A stretch of DNA of 64,000 bases from Macrostomum hystrix (GCA_950097015.1 CATNEN010000038.1:27218001-27282000), one strand, 5' to 3'. Positions 48,721 through 60,362 are shown, counted from the first letter of the stretch. Notes: generated by a model from the letters alone, not told the origin. Made by a program: numbers and translations.

Positions 48721-49860
48721 CTATTTCACAGCCTCAAGCACGGCGCTAAGAAACTCTTCGCGAATCCAGATAAGCTGATCGCTTTCGAAATTGCTGTCCT
48801 TGATGTTGACTACTTTGCCGAGATCGTGGATGTTTCTCGGGCTAAATTGCCTGTCCATTAGGAATTTGATCATGAACAGGCGCTCCTCCTCGCTCATGTG
48901 CCGTTTCAGCCACTCCATTTGAACCACGGGAATGGTGAAGCGCTCAAACATCTTCTGGGCGCTCTTGAAGAACTCTCCTTCACCGCCCTCGATGTCGACT
49001 TTCAGGACAACAAACTTCGTGTTGACTAGTCTGACTATGGAATCTGCGTTCGCCGACATGATTGGGATGGTATCGACAACCGCCCTGCCGAACTTGGTGG
49101 CACCGCCGATGTTGCAGTCTTGTGGAAAGTTCAGGTACATGAAGGAAACCTGCCGACTGATGAAGTTCCACAGCAGGTGCAACCTGTGTGGCAGTTTTGT
49201 GGCCTCGGATGAGAGCTTGATGCGAATGAGATTGCGGATGTTCGCGTCCAGAGCGATGACGGGCACTCCGAGGTCGAGTGCCGACAGAGTGAACACGCCG
49301 ATGTTAGAGCCGATGTCGATGAATGTGACCGGAGATTTTTCATTGAACTTTTTGACTATCTTTTGCATTGTTATGATGCTCGGCTCTTCAAAGATGTGCG
49401 CTTGGCGGATTGAAGTCGAAATGAGGTCGGGGCTGGAGTACACGAAGCATGGGACGCTGTTCTTACTTAGAGGGCTCTTGAGAGTTGTCTCAACGCTGCC
49501 AGCCCTGACTGCGTCAGTAATCACTCCTGGCAGCTTCTCTTTCAGCTGGCAAAGTGGGAACGCGCTGTTTACAATCGAGTAGGCTTCGGCGCCCTCGCAG
49601 ATGTTGTCGCGAATCGATTTGTGCAGGAAGTTCAGATTGCGCAGCTCGCTATAGGCGCTGCAGACTCCGGCAGGTAGCGGATTGTCTATGGTAACCGGCA
49701 CCGTGTCCTCGGCTGCCTCTGGCTCACTTGTGCTGGTGTAGAACCGCTGTAGACCGCCACCCACCACAAGCTTGTAGATTATTGTGGCTAGCAGCAGCGC
49801 CAAAAGTATTGTAAGCGCGTCTCGAACGAGCTTGCGCTTCTGTGGTCCGCCGAGGGGCAT
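48721..49860 (-). CDS. FkbM-family methyltransferase with type II membrane anchor, copy 3, intronless
   Basis: 379 aa; KRK followed by ALTILLALLLATIIY; FIDIGSNIG and VLKVDIEGGE. Confidence 0.9.
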   Translation of the reverse strand: MPLGGPQKRKLVRDALTILLALLLATIIYKLVVGGGLQRFYTSTSEPEAAEDTVPVTIDNPLPAGVCSAYSELRNLNFLHKSIRDNICEGAEAYSIVNSAFPLCQLKEKLPGVITDAVRAGSVETTLKSPLSKNSVPCFVYSSPDLISTSIRQAHIFEEPSIITMQKIVKKFNEKSPVTFIDIGSNIGVFTLSALDLGVPVIALDANIRNLIRIKLSSEATKLPHRLHLLWNFISRQVSFMYLNFPQDCNIGGATKFGRAVVDTIPIMSANADSIVRLVNTKFVVLKVDIEGGEGEFFKSAQKMFERFTIPVVQMEWLKRHMSEEERLFMIKFLMDRQFSPRNIHDLGKVVNIKDSNFESDQLIWIREEFLSAVLEAVK

Positions 49861-51592
49861 TTATATGCTGCCTGGATTGAAGTATTACGGTTGGGAATAT
49901 TCTTATCAGATTCGATTACGGAGTTTAAGCATTGCTTGGCAGAGGTCGAGATTTGGCTTTACCAGCCGTATAGTACGTGAAGTATTTTTTTGCAACCACT
50001 GTCAAATTACTTTAGTAGAATCAATTAAATAGTGCAGGAACCGAGGTTCTACAGGAGTCGACCGAAATTGTGTTGATACACATGGAAGAAGGACTGATTG
50101 GCACTCTGGAAGTTAAAGATGACACCACAGACCTTGACTAGACAGTGTCATCGACCCTGTCCGGAGCTTCCTTAGCGACGATTGAGTATGTAGAGTAGCC
50201 TATGCAACATATTTGCCTCAAATTCCTTATATGCATGCTGGCACTATACTGTACTGTACAACATACGAGAAATGGATCCACACGACTCGTACGAGCTCGT
50301 ACGCAACAAAAATATGAGAAAAGCTGACTCACTGTTTTGTTTAAACTAGCTTAAACAGATGGTCGGAGTTGTGAGTTCCAGTATCGTTTGGGAGGCTGGC
50401 TGTTGTGAAGTGTTCCTGCTGAGTGTCCAACCCTATGAGTATTATACCGTCGCGGGCTATATTGACCACACCTAGGCTAGTTGCTTGGATGCTTTTCATG
50501 CCCAATCGGCGCGCTCATGACAAGGGGGTTGGAGAACACCACGCATTGGAATAGAACAAGAGAGTGCTGAGTGAGCGGGGAGGAGTGGGTGGTAGTCCTG
50601 TGTGAGCTCAAGCAATGCTGGCACACACATTTAGCCTGTTTGGGGTAGCTAGCTGCATGCGATATCTTCATGCTGTCTTCATGCTGGGGGCAGGTCTGCT
50701 CCATAGTACCGAATAAAAGCAGCTGAATAACATAACTTACAAGCGTAGAATTCGGCTATTCGCGAGAGATAAAAAGCGGAGAGGGAGAGAGAGAGAGAGA
50801 GAAGGGAGAGAGGGAGAGGCAGTTTTAACTCCAAACTGGCTCGCCAATATTGACCGATGATGTACAGTACCCTACTCCTTTTTTCAATGGATTTTTAATA
50901 GACCATAAAGACCACTATAAACTGCGTGAGAGGCAAACCAAACGGGAACGAGAAACGTTTAAGTGCCACAGGCTAAACCTGTACAAAACGTAGACTGAAT
51001 TATGCAAAAAGTAGATTAGATATTTTCTCGTATGTTGATGTACGTAGTAAATAGACTTCGGAAAGCAAAGTTCTTTTTTGTTCTTGGCTGCGGTAAATTA
51101 AAGATCAAATCAAAGGTAAATCAAATGAATAAATCTAAAATATGAGCATGAAAAAACTGACATGCACATAGAAATTCATTGCTTTTACAGATGACAGACA
51201 TCCAATTTGTACAATAGCGCCATTGTTCTTTCCAGCCCATTACTGTCGCGTGGAGGGCAACGGCCCAAGCATAAATAGAGAATGATGCCAATTGAGATCC
51301 TTGCGTACAGTCAAAAGCGTACAGTGACGCTCTCTTCAGTTCCACGCCACCCCAACACCTGCAGAAGGTAAGACTGCAGACTCCCAGGATTTGGTCTGCA
51401 GGTGAATAACGTACAGCAAGATGCCTCTAACCCCAGGCTATGCTCAACTCTACTCACACGCACTCCAAGCTGCGCCAACCAAACTCCCAACAGAACAGAG
51501 CTGAGCCTTTAAGTAGACCGCTCAGGACTTATAGTAATAATTGAGGAATCTGAAGGTAGCAGTTTCGACGTGTGGGGTTTGTTTTTATCGAC

Positions 51593-51611
51593 ATGAAGCA
51601 GAACCACCAGA

Positions 51612-51647
<36 letters not shown>

Positions 51648-52002
51648 CCGTCGAGATGAACATCGGCGGCCAGACCATTTCCGTCTCGCCAAACATCGCC
51701 GACAAGTTTCCCAACAGTCGACTGGCCCGTCTGCTCTCGGGTCGCGAACCCGCGACCTGCACGGACGCACAGGGCCGGCTTTTTCTGGACAGGAATCCGG
51801 CGGTGTTCACCGTGGCGGTGGACTTCCTACGGCACGGCGGACGCTTCCTACCACCGGGCGGCATTCAAAAGTTCGACGACTGGGAGCGGCTAGAGGCTGA
51901 AGCCGACTACCTGCAGCTGCCCGAGCTGACCGCCCAGCTGCGCACTCTGCAGCGCGACCGCGAAGGCGCTTCGGCGTCTGTTCAAAGACCTAGAGGTCGG
52001 CA

Positions 52003-52034
<32 letters not shown>

Positions 52035-53420
52035 TGTCAGCAGCTGCTTCGTCATCTGCGTCAGCCGTCGCATTCTTGGAGGTTGGAGAATCGGAACAAG
52101 CCGTTTTCCTGGAGGGCGCCGATCCACAGAGGCAAATCGTTTTACTTGTGAGCTGGCGCTACTGGACCTTCTCGCTAATTTGGGCAACTTTTAGAGAATT
52201 TATTGAGGTTCTTATAACGCTTTCTACGAAATTAAATTACTTAACATTAGTATGAACTGACGAGACTTAATATATTAATCGAAATTTTAACGCAATTAGA
52301 CAATATTTTTAAACGCTTTTTAATAAGAATAACTTTAAACGTCTGGTGTTGTAGTTTTAATAGTAGTCAGAGCGCCAGACTGACGACTTGAAGGTCGGGG
52401 GTTCGATTCAAGACGATCCACTTACGAATAAGCAACTTGTGTCTTTTAGTATGACACTTTACTCTGCATTGCTTAATTTAGTTTACTCAGGTGTTAAGTA
52501 AACTAATAACTAACAGTAATAATAAGAATACCTGTATGAGGGCCGCGGGCAATGGCACATCATTTGGTGATACTGGACCTGCAGCCAGCAAGGAGGCAAT
52601 TCTGCCTATTTCGCTGACTCCTGAGTACACACGCACAGGTGTGTACATCTGCTCATCATCAGGCAGTGTACACTTTTAATGCGCCTTGGAGCTTCAAGTG
52701 CATGCGCAAATTGTACGACAAGCCCCCAAGCCTTTCATCCGTGGCTGCGCCGCACTGCGGAATCGAGCTCAGGGACATTGGTGCGAGAGGCAGACGAGAG
52801 TTAACCGCTCAGCCGCTTACTCCCTAGATTACTTACTACTACTACTACTTACTCCCTTAAGTATAGGTATCAGCAATAGCTGTGGGTGTGGCGTCCCTCA
52901 GTCCATGGACTCAACAACTGTAAGCAGCACAATCTGCGCTATCCTGTCGACTGCACATCTGGCCCAATAGCTGACTATTTTGGGTAGATGATATGAACGA
53001 ACAGACTACTTATAGTAAAGATGTAGAGCTATTTGCAACATTAATTCAATACATCGTACATAAAACACACAATTGCGAAGACTGAATCTAAATCAAACTA
53101 TTGGCCAGGGTGAGCTCGGCTGTCTACGCGAAATCCTTCGCAAGCGTTTGAATCCCTTGCTGCCACAGCTGATGCAGCGCGTCGATGAGCTGTCAGAGCG
53201 TCGCGGGCGTCGTCTGCACGACGCCGACACAATCAGCCTCAACCTGCCAGAGGGCCACGTGCGCGAGCGAGGCCTCGGACCATTGGACGAATTCAGGGCG
53301 GTGCTGCTGCGCGAAATCGCTCGGGTGGCACTACCGGGACCGCCGAGCCAGATGAGCCTCAGCACTGGCGAGCAGCGACTGCTGTTCCGCGTGCCCACTA
53401 GCGACGATGGCGCTGATTGA
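51593..53420 (+). CDS. KCTD-type BTB/POZ (T1) domain protein, two exons (51593-52147, 53109-53420), about 288 aa with polyQ tracts
   Basis: VEMNIGG...FPNSRLARL...LFLDRNPAVF...DFLRHG...EAEADYLQL is the KCTD BTB signature; donor CTT|GTGAGC and acceptor ccag|GGT, phase 0. Confidence 0.82.
52345..52480 (+). mobile_element. Degenerate SINE family B fragment
   Basis: gacttgaaggtc..ggttcgattc..gtgtc..gacactttac resembles 60551-60877. Confidence 0.5.
52505..52826 (-). mobile_element. SINE family A, diverged copy in the KCTD intron
   Basis: Aligns by eye with 14195-14564 over the full length, including the TTA tail. Confidence 0.8.
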
Positions 53421-53434
53421 ACACACTAAGGAGG

Positions 53435-53898
53435 CCTACCGCAGATCCCTCAGCCTGACAGCTGTCACCCTACCGCAGATCTCACAGCCTGACAGCTGTC
53501 ACCCTACCGCAGATCTCTCAGCCTGACAGCTGTCACCCTACCGCAGATCTCACAGCCTGACAGCTGTCACCCTACCGCAGATCTCACAGCCTGACAGCTG
53601 TCACCCTACCGCAGATTCCTCAGCCTGACAGCTGTCACCCTACCGCAGATCTCACAGCCTGACAGCTGTCACCCTACCGCAGATCCCTCAGCCTGACAGC
53701 TGTCACCCTACCGCAGATCTTACAGCCTGACAGCTGTCACCCTACCACAGATCTCACAGCCTGACAGCTGTCACCCTACCGCAGATCGCACAGCCTGACA
53801 GCTGTCACCTTACCGCAGATCTCACAGCCTGACAGCTGTCACCCTACCGCAGATCTCACAGCCTGACAGCTGTCACCCTACCGCAGATCTCCCAGCTG
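53435..53898. repeat. 34-bp minisatellite containing the palindrome TGACAGCTGTCA, about 13 units
   Basis: Unit cctaccgcagatctcacagcctgacagctgtcac, starting just after the KCTD stop codon. Confidence 0.95.
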
Positions 53899-54498
53899 TG
53901 CCGGATATGCCGGATTTTTCCTACATGATTTTTAAATGTAAACTAACCCTGAAACGTACTCGGAAAAGTGGCAAATATTTTATTATATAAAATTCTAGCG
54001 CCTACGAGAATTCTAGCACACGTGCTTAGTTACTATTAGCTCGAAATAAGGCACAGTGACTTTGAATTATTATGTAGTTTTAATTTCCTTACTTTTTTAT
54101 TCAGTGAGCGAGATTGCCGTCTTAAACCAGCTTAAACCATAACAAGAGGTGCTGAAGGACATAAAAGGTCCCGAAACACACGGAAAATACAATACTGGAG
54201 AAGGAACGACGCCATAAAGCAAGCCGTCTCTTGTGTACCACGAACAAGAAGTTTTAGATAACCTTTGCTTACCATACCAGTATATTAAAAGGCAATTCCG
54301 ATTGAAATTAGATTAGGTAGTTAGTGTTTTTGGCTATTGTGATATATGCAAACGAATAGCTCTTAGAAATTTATGTCTTCAGGTATAATATTTATTTTGC
54401 TTTATTAACTGTTAGCATGCAAACGTTTACTTAAAAAATTCGAGTTACTAGAAAACATTACAAACGCAGGTACAATATATTATATAAAATAATGGTAG

Positions 54499-54748
54499 AG
54501 TGCAACGGCACTAAAGTGCAACGGCACTAAAGTGCAACGGCACTAAAGTGCAACGGCACTAAAGTGCAACAACACTAAAGTGCAACAACACTAAAGTGCA
54601 ACGGCACTAAAGTGCAACGGCACTAAAGTGCAACGGCACTAAAGTGCAACGGCACTAAAGTGCAACGGCACTAAAGTGCAACGGCACTAAAGTGCAACGG
54701 CACTAAAGTGCAACGGCACTAAAGTGCAACGGTACTAAAGTGCAACGC
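54499..54748. repeat. 16-bp minisatellite (agtgcaacggcactaa), about 15 units, each a mini inverted repeat
   Basis: AGTGC-AACG-GCACT in nearly every unit; two units read AACAACACT. Confidence 0.95.
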
Positions 54749-54865
54749 CTTTCTCACCGGACAAGCATCCAAAAAATTGCAATTGAGTTTGATTGATCTG
54801 CTAGAAAAAGCGAAGGTCTCAATTTAAGAACTTTAAATCAACGAACTTTAGTTTCAAATTGAAGT

Positions 54866-57800
54866 TTAAAACGATTGTCCAAAGTTTCTAGCCGCTTTGT
54901 TAAACTTGCCAAATTTAGGCTTCAGTTGTTGCGGCTTCTGCTGGAACTGTTGATAGAACTGCGGCGGCTGCTCCTGCTGCTGCTGGAACTGCTGGATGTA
55001 CTGTGGCAGCTGCTGATACTGCTGCTGAGGTTCAAAGCTTTGAAATGATGCGTGAGGCTGCTGCGAAGGCGGTACCCAACCCAAGCTGCCGCCACCGCTG
55101 CCCGACTGTTGCCAGGCCGCTGACGATGGAGCCTGTTGAGGCGGCTGGGAAGGCTCATTAAGCTTCATCTTGTGCAGCCGAGTCTTTTTGTGATGGCGCC
55201 ACGGATTAGAATCGTCGCAATTAACTTTGCACAACGGGCAATAAGATACAGGAGATTGGATTTTTTTATTGAATATCCGCTGCTGCTGATGCTGCCGCTG
55301 CGGCTGCAAAGTTGGCATAGCTGGGCCGCTGTAAACCGACGGTCCCGGATGAATTGAAGCTTGCGGCAGGGGGCCACCAAATCTGTGCCGCGGATTCGGT
55401 AATACGGAGCTGCTGACGCGGAACGATGGGGCCGCAAATGTACTTGCCGTGGCAGACGTGGCGGCAGCTGCAACCGCGGCGGCGGCTGAAGCCTCAGCGG
55501 CGGCTGCGGCGGTGGCGGCTTTCAGGTGCTCGGCAGATTCATAATGACGCTTAGCAGCTGGCAGGGTGGCCATGCGAAATTTACAGCAGGAGCAAACAAT
55601 GACAGAATTTGGCGGAACCTGCAAGCGGCAATGTGTGAAAGTACTTAATCAGAAGGCGAGTTTGATTCAGGTAAAGGGAATACTGAACGATTAGGAAAGA
55701 GGATTTGGGAAGAGACACTGAAGAATTAGGGAAGACACTGATGGATTAGGGAAGAGACAATGAATAATTAGGGAATAGACACTGAAGTATTAGGGAAGAG
55801 ACTGAAGAATGAGGGAAAAGACTGAAGAATTTGGGAAGAGACACAGAAGAATTAGGGAAGACACTGATGGATTAGGGAAGAGACATTCAAGGATCAGAGA
55901 AAAGACAAAGGATTAGGGAAGAGATAAACAAAGGATTAGGGAACTGAAGGACAAGTAGAGAAAGCCTGAATGATTAGGGAAGTGGCGCTCACCTGTCTAG
56001 GAGATTTAGTGCCAGCTTGACGGTTGGTAATAACTCTACTAGCAGCAGTTGCCCGAGGGACAGTCATTGAAGCCGAGACTGGGAGTTGGACGACGTTGAC
56101 CGGTTGATGATTAGCACCAGGGGAATCCGCATTATCAACTGCCTGATTTTTGGGGGTCTCATAGTTGGCCTGTTCAGTCAGTGTGGTCTCAGAAGTCTTA
56201 GACTGGCTATTATCTGGCGCCTTAGAATCGGAGCTGTCAGCTGTGAGCTGCTGTTGCTGCTGCTGCAACTAAGATTATAGAAGTGCTACTTAAAAGCTTT
56301 ATATTAAAAAGATCTTTACAATAAATTCAATTAAAATTTCTTTTCTAAAATGTTGTAAGATGAACCTATAATATTATTAAATCCGTAGATTTAAGTTTCT
56401 CATCTGTACCAGAAAGAGTCTAATCTGTGCCAGAAGGAGTCTAATCTGTGCCAGAAGGAGTCTAATCTGTGCCAGAAGGAGTCTAATCTGTGCCAGAAGG
56501 AGTCTAATCTGTGCCAGAAGGAGTCTAATCTGTGCCAGAAGGAGTCTAATCTGTGCCAGAAGGAGTCTAATCTGTGCCAGAAAGAGTCTAATCTGTGCCA
56601 GAAGGAGTCTAATCTGTGCCAGAAGGAGTCTAATCTGTACCTGAAAGAGTCTAATCTGTACCAGAAAGGGTCTAATCTGTGTCAGAAGGAGTCTAATCTG
56701 TACCTAAATGAGTCTAATCTGTACCAGAAAGAGTCTAATCTTTACACTAAAGTTTCTTATGTAAAATAACATGTCTTGACGCATAAAACCCACATCATGA
56801 TTGTCGCAATGCTCCTTATTATTGGTATTCAGCTGCTCCATGGCTTGAATTGATCCTGTCGATGAGGAAGCTAGGCCACCAAAGCTGCTACCGCTCATAG
56901 CAATATTAGCCAAGTGTTTAGGGGAGGCCATGTGACCGCGAATTTCGCTAGCAGCCGAGAAGTACACACCGCAGAGGGCGCAGTGCCGCTGCTCAAGGAG
57001 TTGGCGAACGTCCGGATCGGCGCGGTGGGCATCTACGTCGATGCCTTTGAGAAACTTGGCCTGAATTTGCGGTTGAAAGTGACAAAATGTATCATTTGTA
57101 TTATTATTTGTAATATTAGCATCAACTGAAGTTCCTGAAGTGTTTTTAGGGTCAACTGAAACAATTAGGAATTAAGTTTCTTTTTGAAGGATAACTGGCT
57201 AACTGAAGGGGATTATTTGCCAAAGGAGAGGAACACTCGCTAACTTAAGGGGATAATTTGCTTTAGGAGGGAGAATCGAAGTTAAAAATTTTTGGACACT
57301 CTTAACTCCGCTCACACTAAAATCAAGTTCACTTTCAACGCTGCTTCAGATCAGAGGCTCCCTATCTTAGCTCCCTATTATCGACTTTCCCTCGTGTCAC
57401 TTTCCACTCTGACCCCTCCAGTCCAGCGTCTGCACCCAGCTTGTTTTTCTCTCCCTCTGCGCTCGTTGTCGTCTCTTAACCCCCCAATGTACATCACCCT
57501 AGGGTTTTCATACCCTTATTTGTCTCTCCTCGCTGTCTACCCCCTTCTGTCCTAGCCTATCAAATAATCTACAGTTCGAGGTCCGAAGCAGGGCGAGAGT
57601 GCGCTCGTTGTCGTCTCTTAACCCCCCAATGTACATCACCCTAGGGTTTTCATACCCTTATGTCTCTCCTCGCTGTCTACCCCTTTCTGCCTTTCAAATC
57701 ATAATCTCGAAGGCTCATTTTATTAACAGGGATAAGTCGCAAACTTTGTGGTATTATATGCCAAAGGAGAACATAACTCGCTAACTAAGGCGGAGAATAG

Positions 57801-58269
57801 AGAGGATAACTGTTTAACTTTGTTGGATATTTTGCTAAACGAGGGGAAAACTCGCTAAAACTTAAAGGGATAATTTGCCAACGGAGGGATTTATTAGCCA
57901 ACCAAAAAACAGACCTACCTCGTCAATGGCGTGAACCCTGGCCATTTCCAAATCGTGCAGATTGCTAGTATACAAGACGCCCTGGCGTTGAAAAGCCACA
58001 GGCAATGGGGGACAATCAGGATTGGCGGCCTGCCATAGGCGCCTATGCTTTTGTCCATTGTAATGCATCATAGCGATGTTCGGCGACCACAATAACACAT
58101 TGCATAGGTCGCATCTCATATAGGCGAATAGTTCGTGCAGCTGAGGAACTGCGTCTGGCGACACAATATAGTTGCATTTTCCAGCGGCTTTGCGTTTGAC
58201 GACGCCACCCCGGTGACTTGCGGCTAGACGTTTTGAATTCTGCCTAGCCTGTCTCGGATTGCTATCCAT
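54866..58269 (-). CDS. Four-finger matrin/U1-type C2H2 zinc-finger protein (ZNF346/JAZ, ZNF385, ZMAT-like RNA-binding), four exons (58269-57919, 57060-56794, 56268-55993, 55618-54866), about 548 aa
   Basis: Four widely spaced C-x2-C-x12-H-x5-H fingers (CDLC..HYNGQKH, CALC..HMASPKH, CSCC..HYESAEH, CPLC..HKKTRLH); all junctions phase 0 and GT-AG. Confidence 0.82.
55685..55975. repeat. Degenerate ~22-bp repeat (gaattagggaagagacactga) in a zinc-finger gene intron
   Basis: Recurrent attagggaa motif. Confidence 0.8.
56403..56740. repeat. 21-bp minisatellite (gagtctaatctgtgccagaag)
   Basis: About 16 tandem units in an intron. Confidence 0.95.
57290..57710 (+). mobile_element. Penelope-like retroelement remnant with a tandem pseudo-LTR
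   Basis: LNSAHTKIKFTFNAASDQRLPIL resembles the Penelope RT motif LNSxHxxIKFTxE...LPFLD; ~105-bp direct repeat at 57457-57565 and 57600-57708. Confidence 0.55.
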
Positions 58270-58963
58270 GATAGGCTTGGCTGAAAAATTAACACGATTT
58301 TCATTGCCATTTCCAAGGCCTACTGGACAGTAGAGAGACCACGCTGTTTTTCAAATAATCAGCGACTCTTGTCGAAGACCCTTCGACCCTAAAACTCTAG
58401 GATCCTTTGCTTTGAGCGGCACTAAAATTTCAGGCCTAATAACTGTCTTAAAAATTATTAAATTATTAAAAAAAGAAACCCAGCAGGAAAAAACAATAAT
58501 AAAATTGCAAATCGCATTGAAGGTAAAGGTAGATATGTGATGTTTGTTTAACATTAAATTGCCTTTTAAAAACTTATTATGTACATTGCCATAACATACT
58601 CGCAATTAACAGAAAAACAGAGCAGAGAGTTAAAATTAGAAAAAAACTTTAAATGCTTAGAGTTTTGTATATACACAAACAACAAGTAGATACAAGAAAA
58701 CAACAATAGAGAAAGTTATAAACTGCCAGACAGTACCTTACAATTCCTCGCAAATATTTAAGCTAATATTATAATGCATGTTATGCTGGAACAAATTCAT
58801 GACCAGGCTTTTGTACTGCAAAAATATGGATATAGCTTAACTTGATCAGTTTAAGTGGAAGCTTTCATTGGAGTACAAAGCTTAAAATTATATTTAAAAT
58901 TAGTTTATAAGAAAATAATTAGCATACTTAAAATACAGCAGCTGCTGGTGGCACTGAAGGCAG

Positions 58964-60362
58964 TCAGTGCTTCAGCTTCTTGGAAGGGGAGTCGGTGAGG
59001 GCCGAGGACCGCTTGCGGCACAGTCTGGGACAGCCGACCGCAAGGCCTTGGACGTCGCTGGTGAGGCCGCTGTGCAGAGCATCGGGCTGGACGCTGGAGG
59101 TGGCGGCAGGCGCGGCTGTCAGAGTGCGCGAGTCGCCGTCCTCGACGTCGGCGAGTACTGGCGGCGACTTCGTCAACGGCGTCGGCGATGGCGAAGAACG
59201 TGGCGATACGCCGCCGCTGCTGCTGGCCGCATCGTCCCAGCGGTGCAGCTGCAGCTTCCACTGCTTGACGCAGCCGTCCCAGGCCCTGCGGGACATGCGG
59301 ACAAACTTGTTGGGCGTTCGCGGGTCGCCCTTCTCCCGAAGCGGCTTCGGCACCGCCTTGGCATAGCTGGCGTAGGCCGTCAGGTTCTTCGACTTGTCGA
59401 TGTCGCGCTGCCTGCGCAGCAGCACCGCCTCGTCGTCCTCTAACTCGAAGCAGCTGCTGTCGGAGGCGTTCGAGTTCAACGAAGCGTTCAGATTGGCTCC
59501 GAGGCTGCCGTTGAGGCTCTGCGACTGCCGCTTCTGCGCCTGCTTGGCCTCGTAGCGCTGCTTGTCGCGCCTGGTGGTCTCGAACAGCTCGTCCTGCTTG
59601 GCCCAGTCCGAGTACATCGGCATGCGCTCCTTCACCTGCAAGAATTTGGCAGCGTGCAGTGCAGTCAGGCGATATTCAGACCGAAACTCAGATATGAGAG
59701 CCTGGGCTGCATTGACCAGCAGCAATGATTAACCCAGCTGCACCGACCAGATGAAGTGACCAGCTGCAATGACCAGCCCAGCTGCAATGAACAGATGCAC
59801 TGACCAGCCCAGCTGCACTGACCAGCCCAGCTGCACTGACCAGCCCAGCTGCAATGACCAGCCCAGCTGCAATGACCAGCCCAGCTGCAATGACCAGCCC
59901 AGCTGCAATGACCAGCCCAGCTGCACTGACCAGCCCAGCTGCAATGACCAGCCCAGCTGCACTGACCAGCCCAGCTGCAATGACCAGCCCAGCTGCAATG
60001 ACCAGCCCAGCTGCAATGACCAGCCCAGCTGCAATGACCAGCCCAGCTGCAATGACCAACCCAGCATACAGCTACTGTCTCCACCCGCTCAATCGCACCT
60101 GCCGCAGTTCGATGTCGGCACTGTAGTAGCGTGGCGGTAGTCGGCGCAGAGGCGGGCGTTCAGTGGAGCCCGGAGCCGCCCTGCCTGCCAGCCTGCTGCG
60201 GCCAGCTGCAAAGAAGCTGCAACGCTTGTCGCTGACTGTTGGCGAGGACATTGCCGAGGTGGCAACTACAGAGGCGGGCAGAGAAGGCCGTGAGATTCGA
60301 CTCCGCGATCGGCTGCTGTCTCGACAAAAATGTGGTGATGACGCCTTTTGACGGTTCTCCAT
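58964..60362 (-). CDS. SLBP: Histone RNA stem-loop-binding protein, two exons (60362-60099, 59635-58964), about 311 aa
   Basis: LLRRQRDIDKSKNLTAYASYAKAVPKPLREKGDPRTPNKFVRMSRRAWDGCVKQWKLQLHRWD matches the SLBP RNA-binding domain (RRQKQI..GKNT..Y..Y...VP...TPNK...SRR.WD....W...LH.WD); an upstream DWA motif; phase-0 GT-AG intron. Confidence 0.92.
59705..60063. repeat. 18-bp minisatellite (gaccagcccagctgcaat) filling the SLBP intron; short second array at about 62010-62090
   Basis: About 19 units. Confidence 0.95.

Noticed and set aside
34950-49582. Antisense ORFs overlapping the methyltransferases
   Set aside because: Shadow frames of GC3-rich coding sequence
34842-49860. Bacterial contamination as the source of the FkbM genes
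   Set aside because: They are interleaved with eukaryotic transposons, carry eukaryote-type membrane anchors and show no operon structure
59665-60140. CSWAGH and CNDQPS Cys/His-rich ORFs
   Set aside because: Translations of the 18-bp SLBP intron minisatellite
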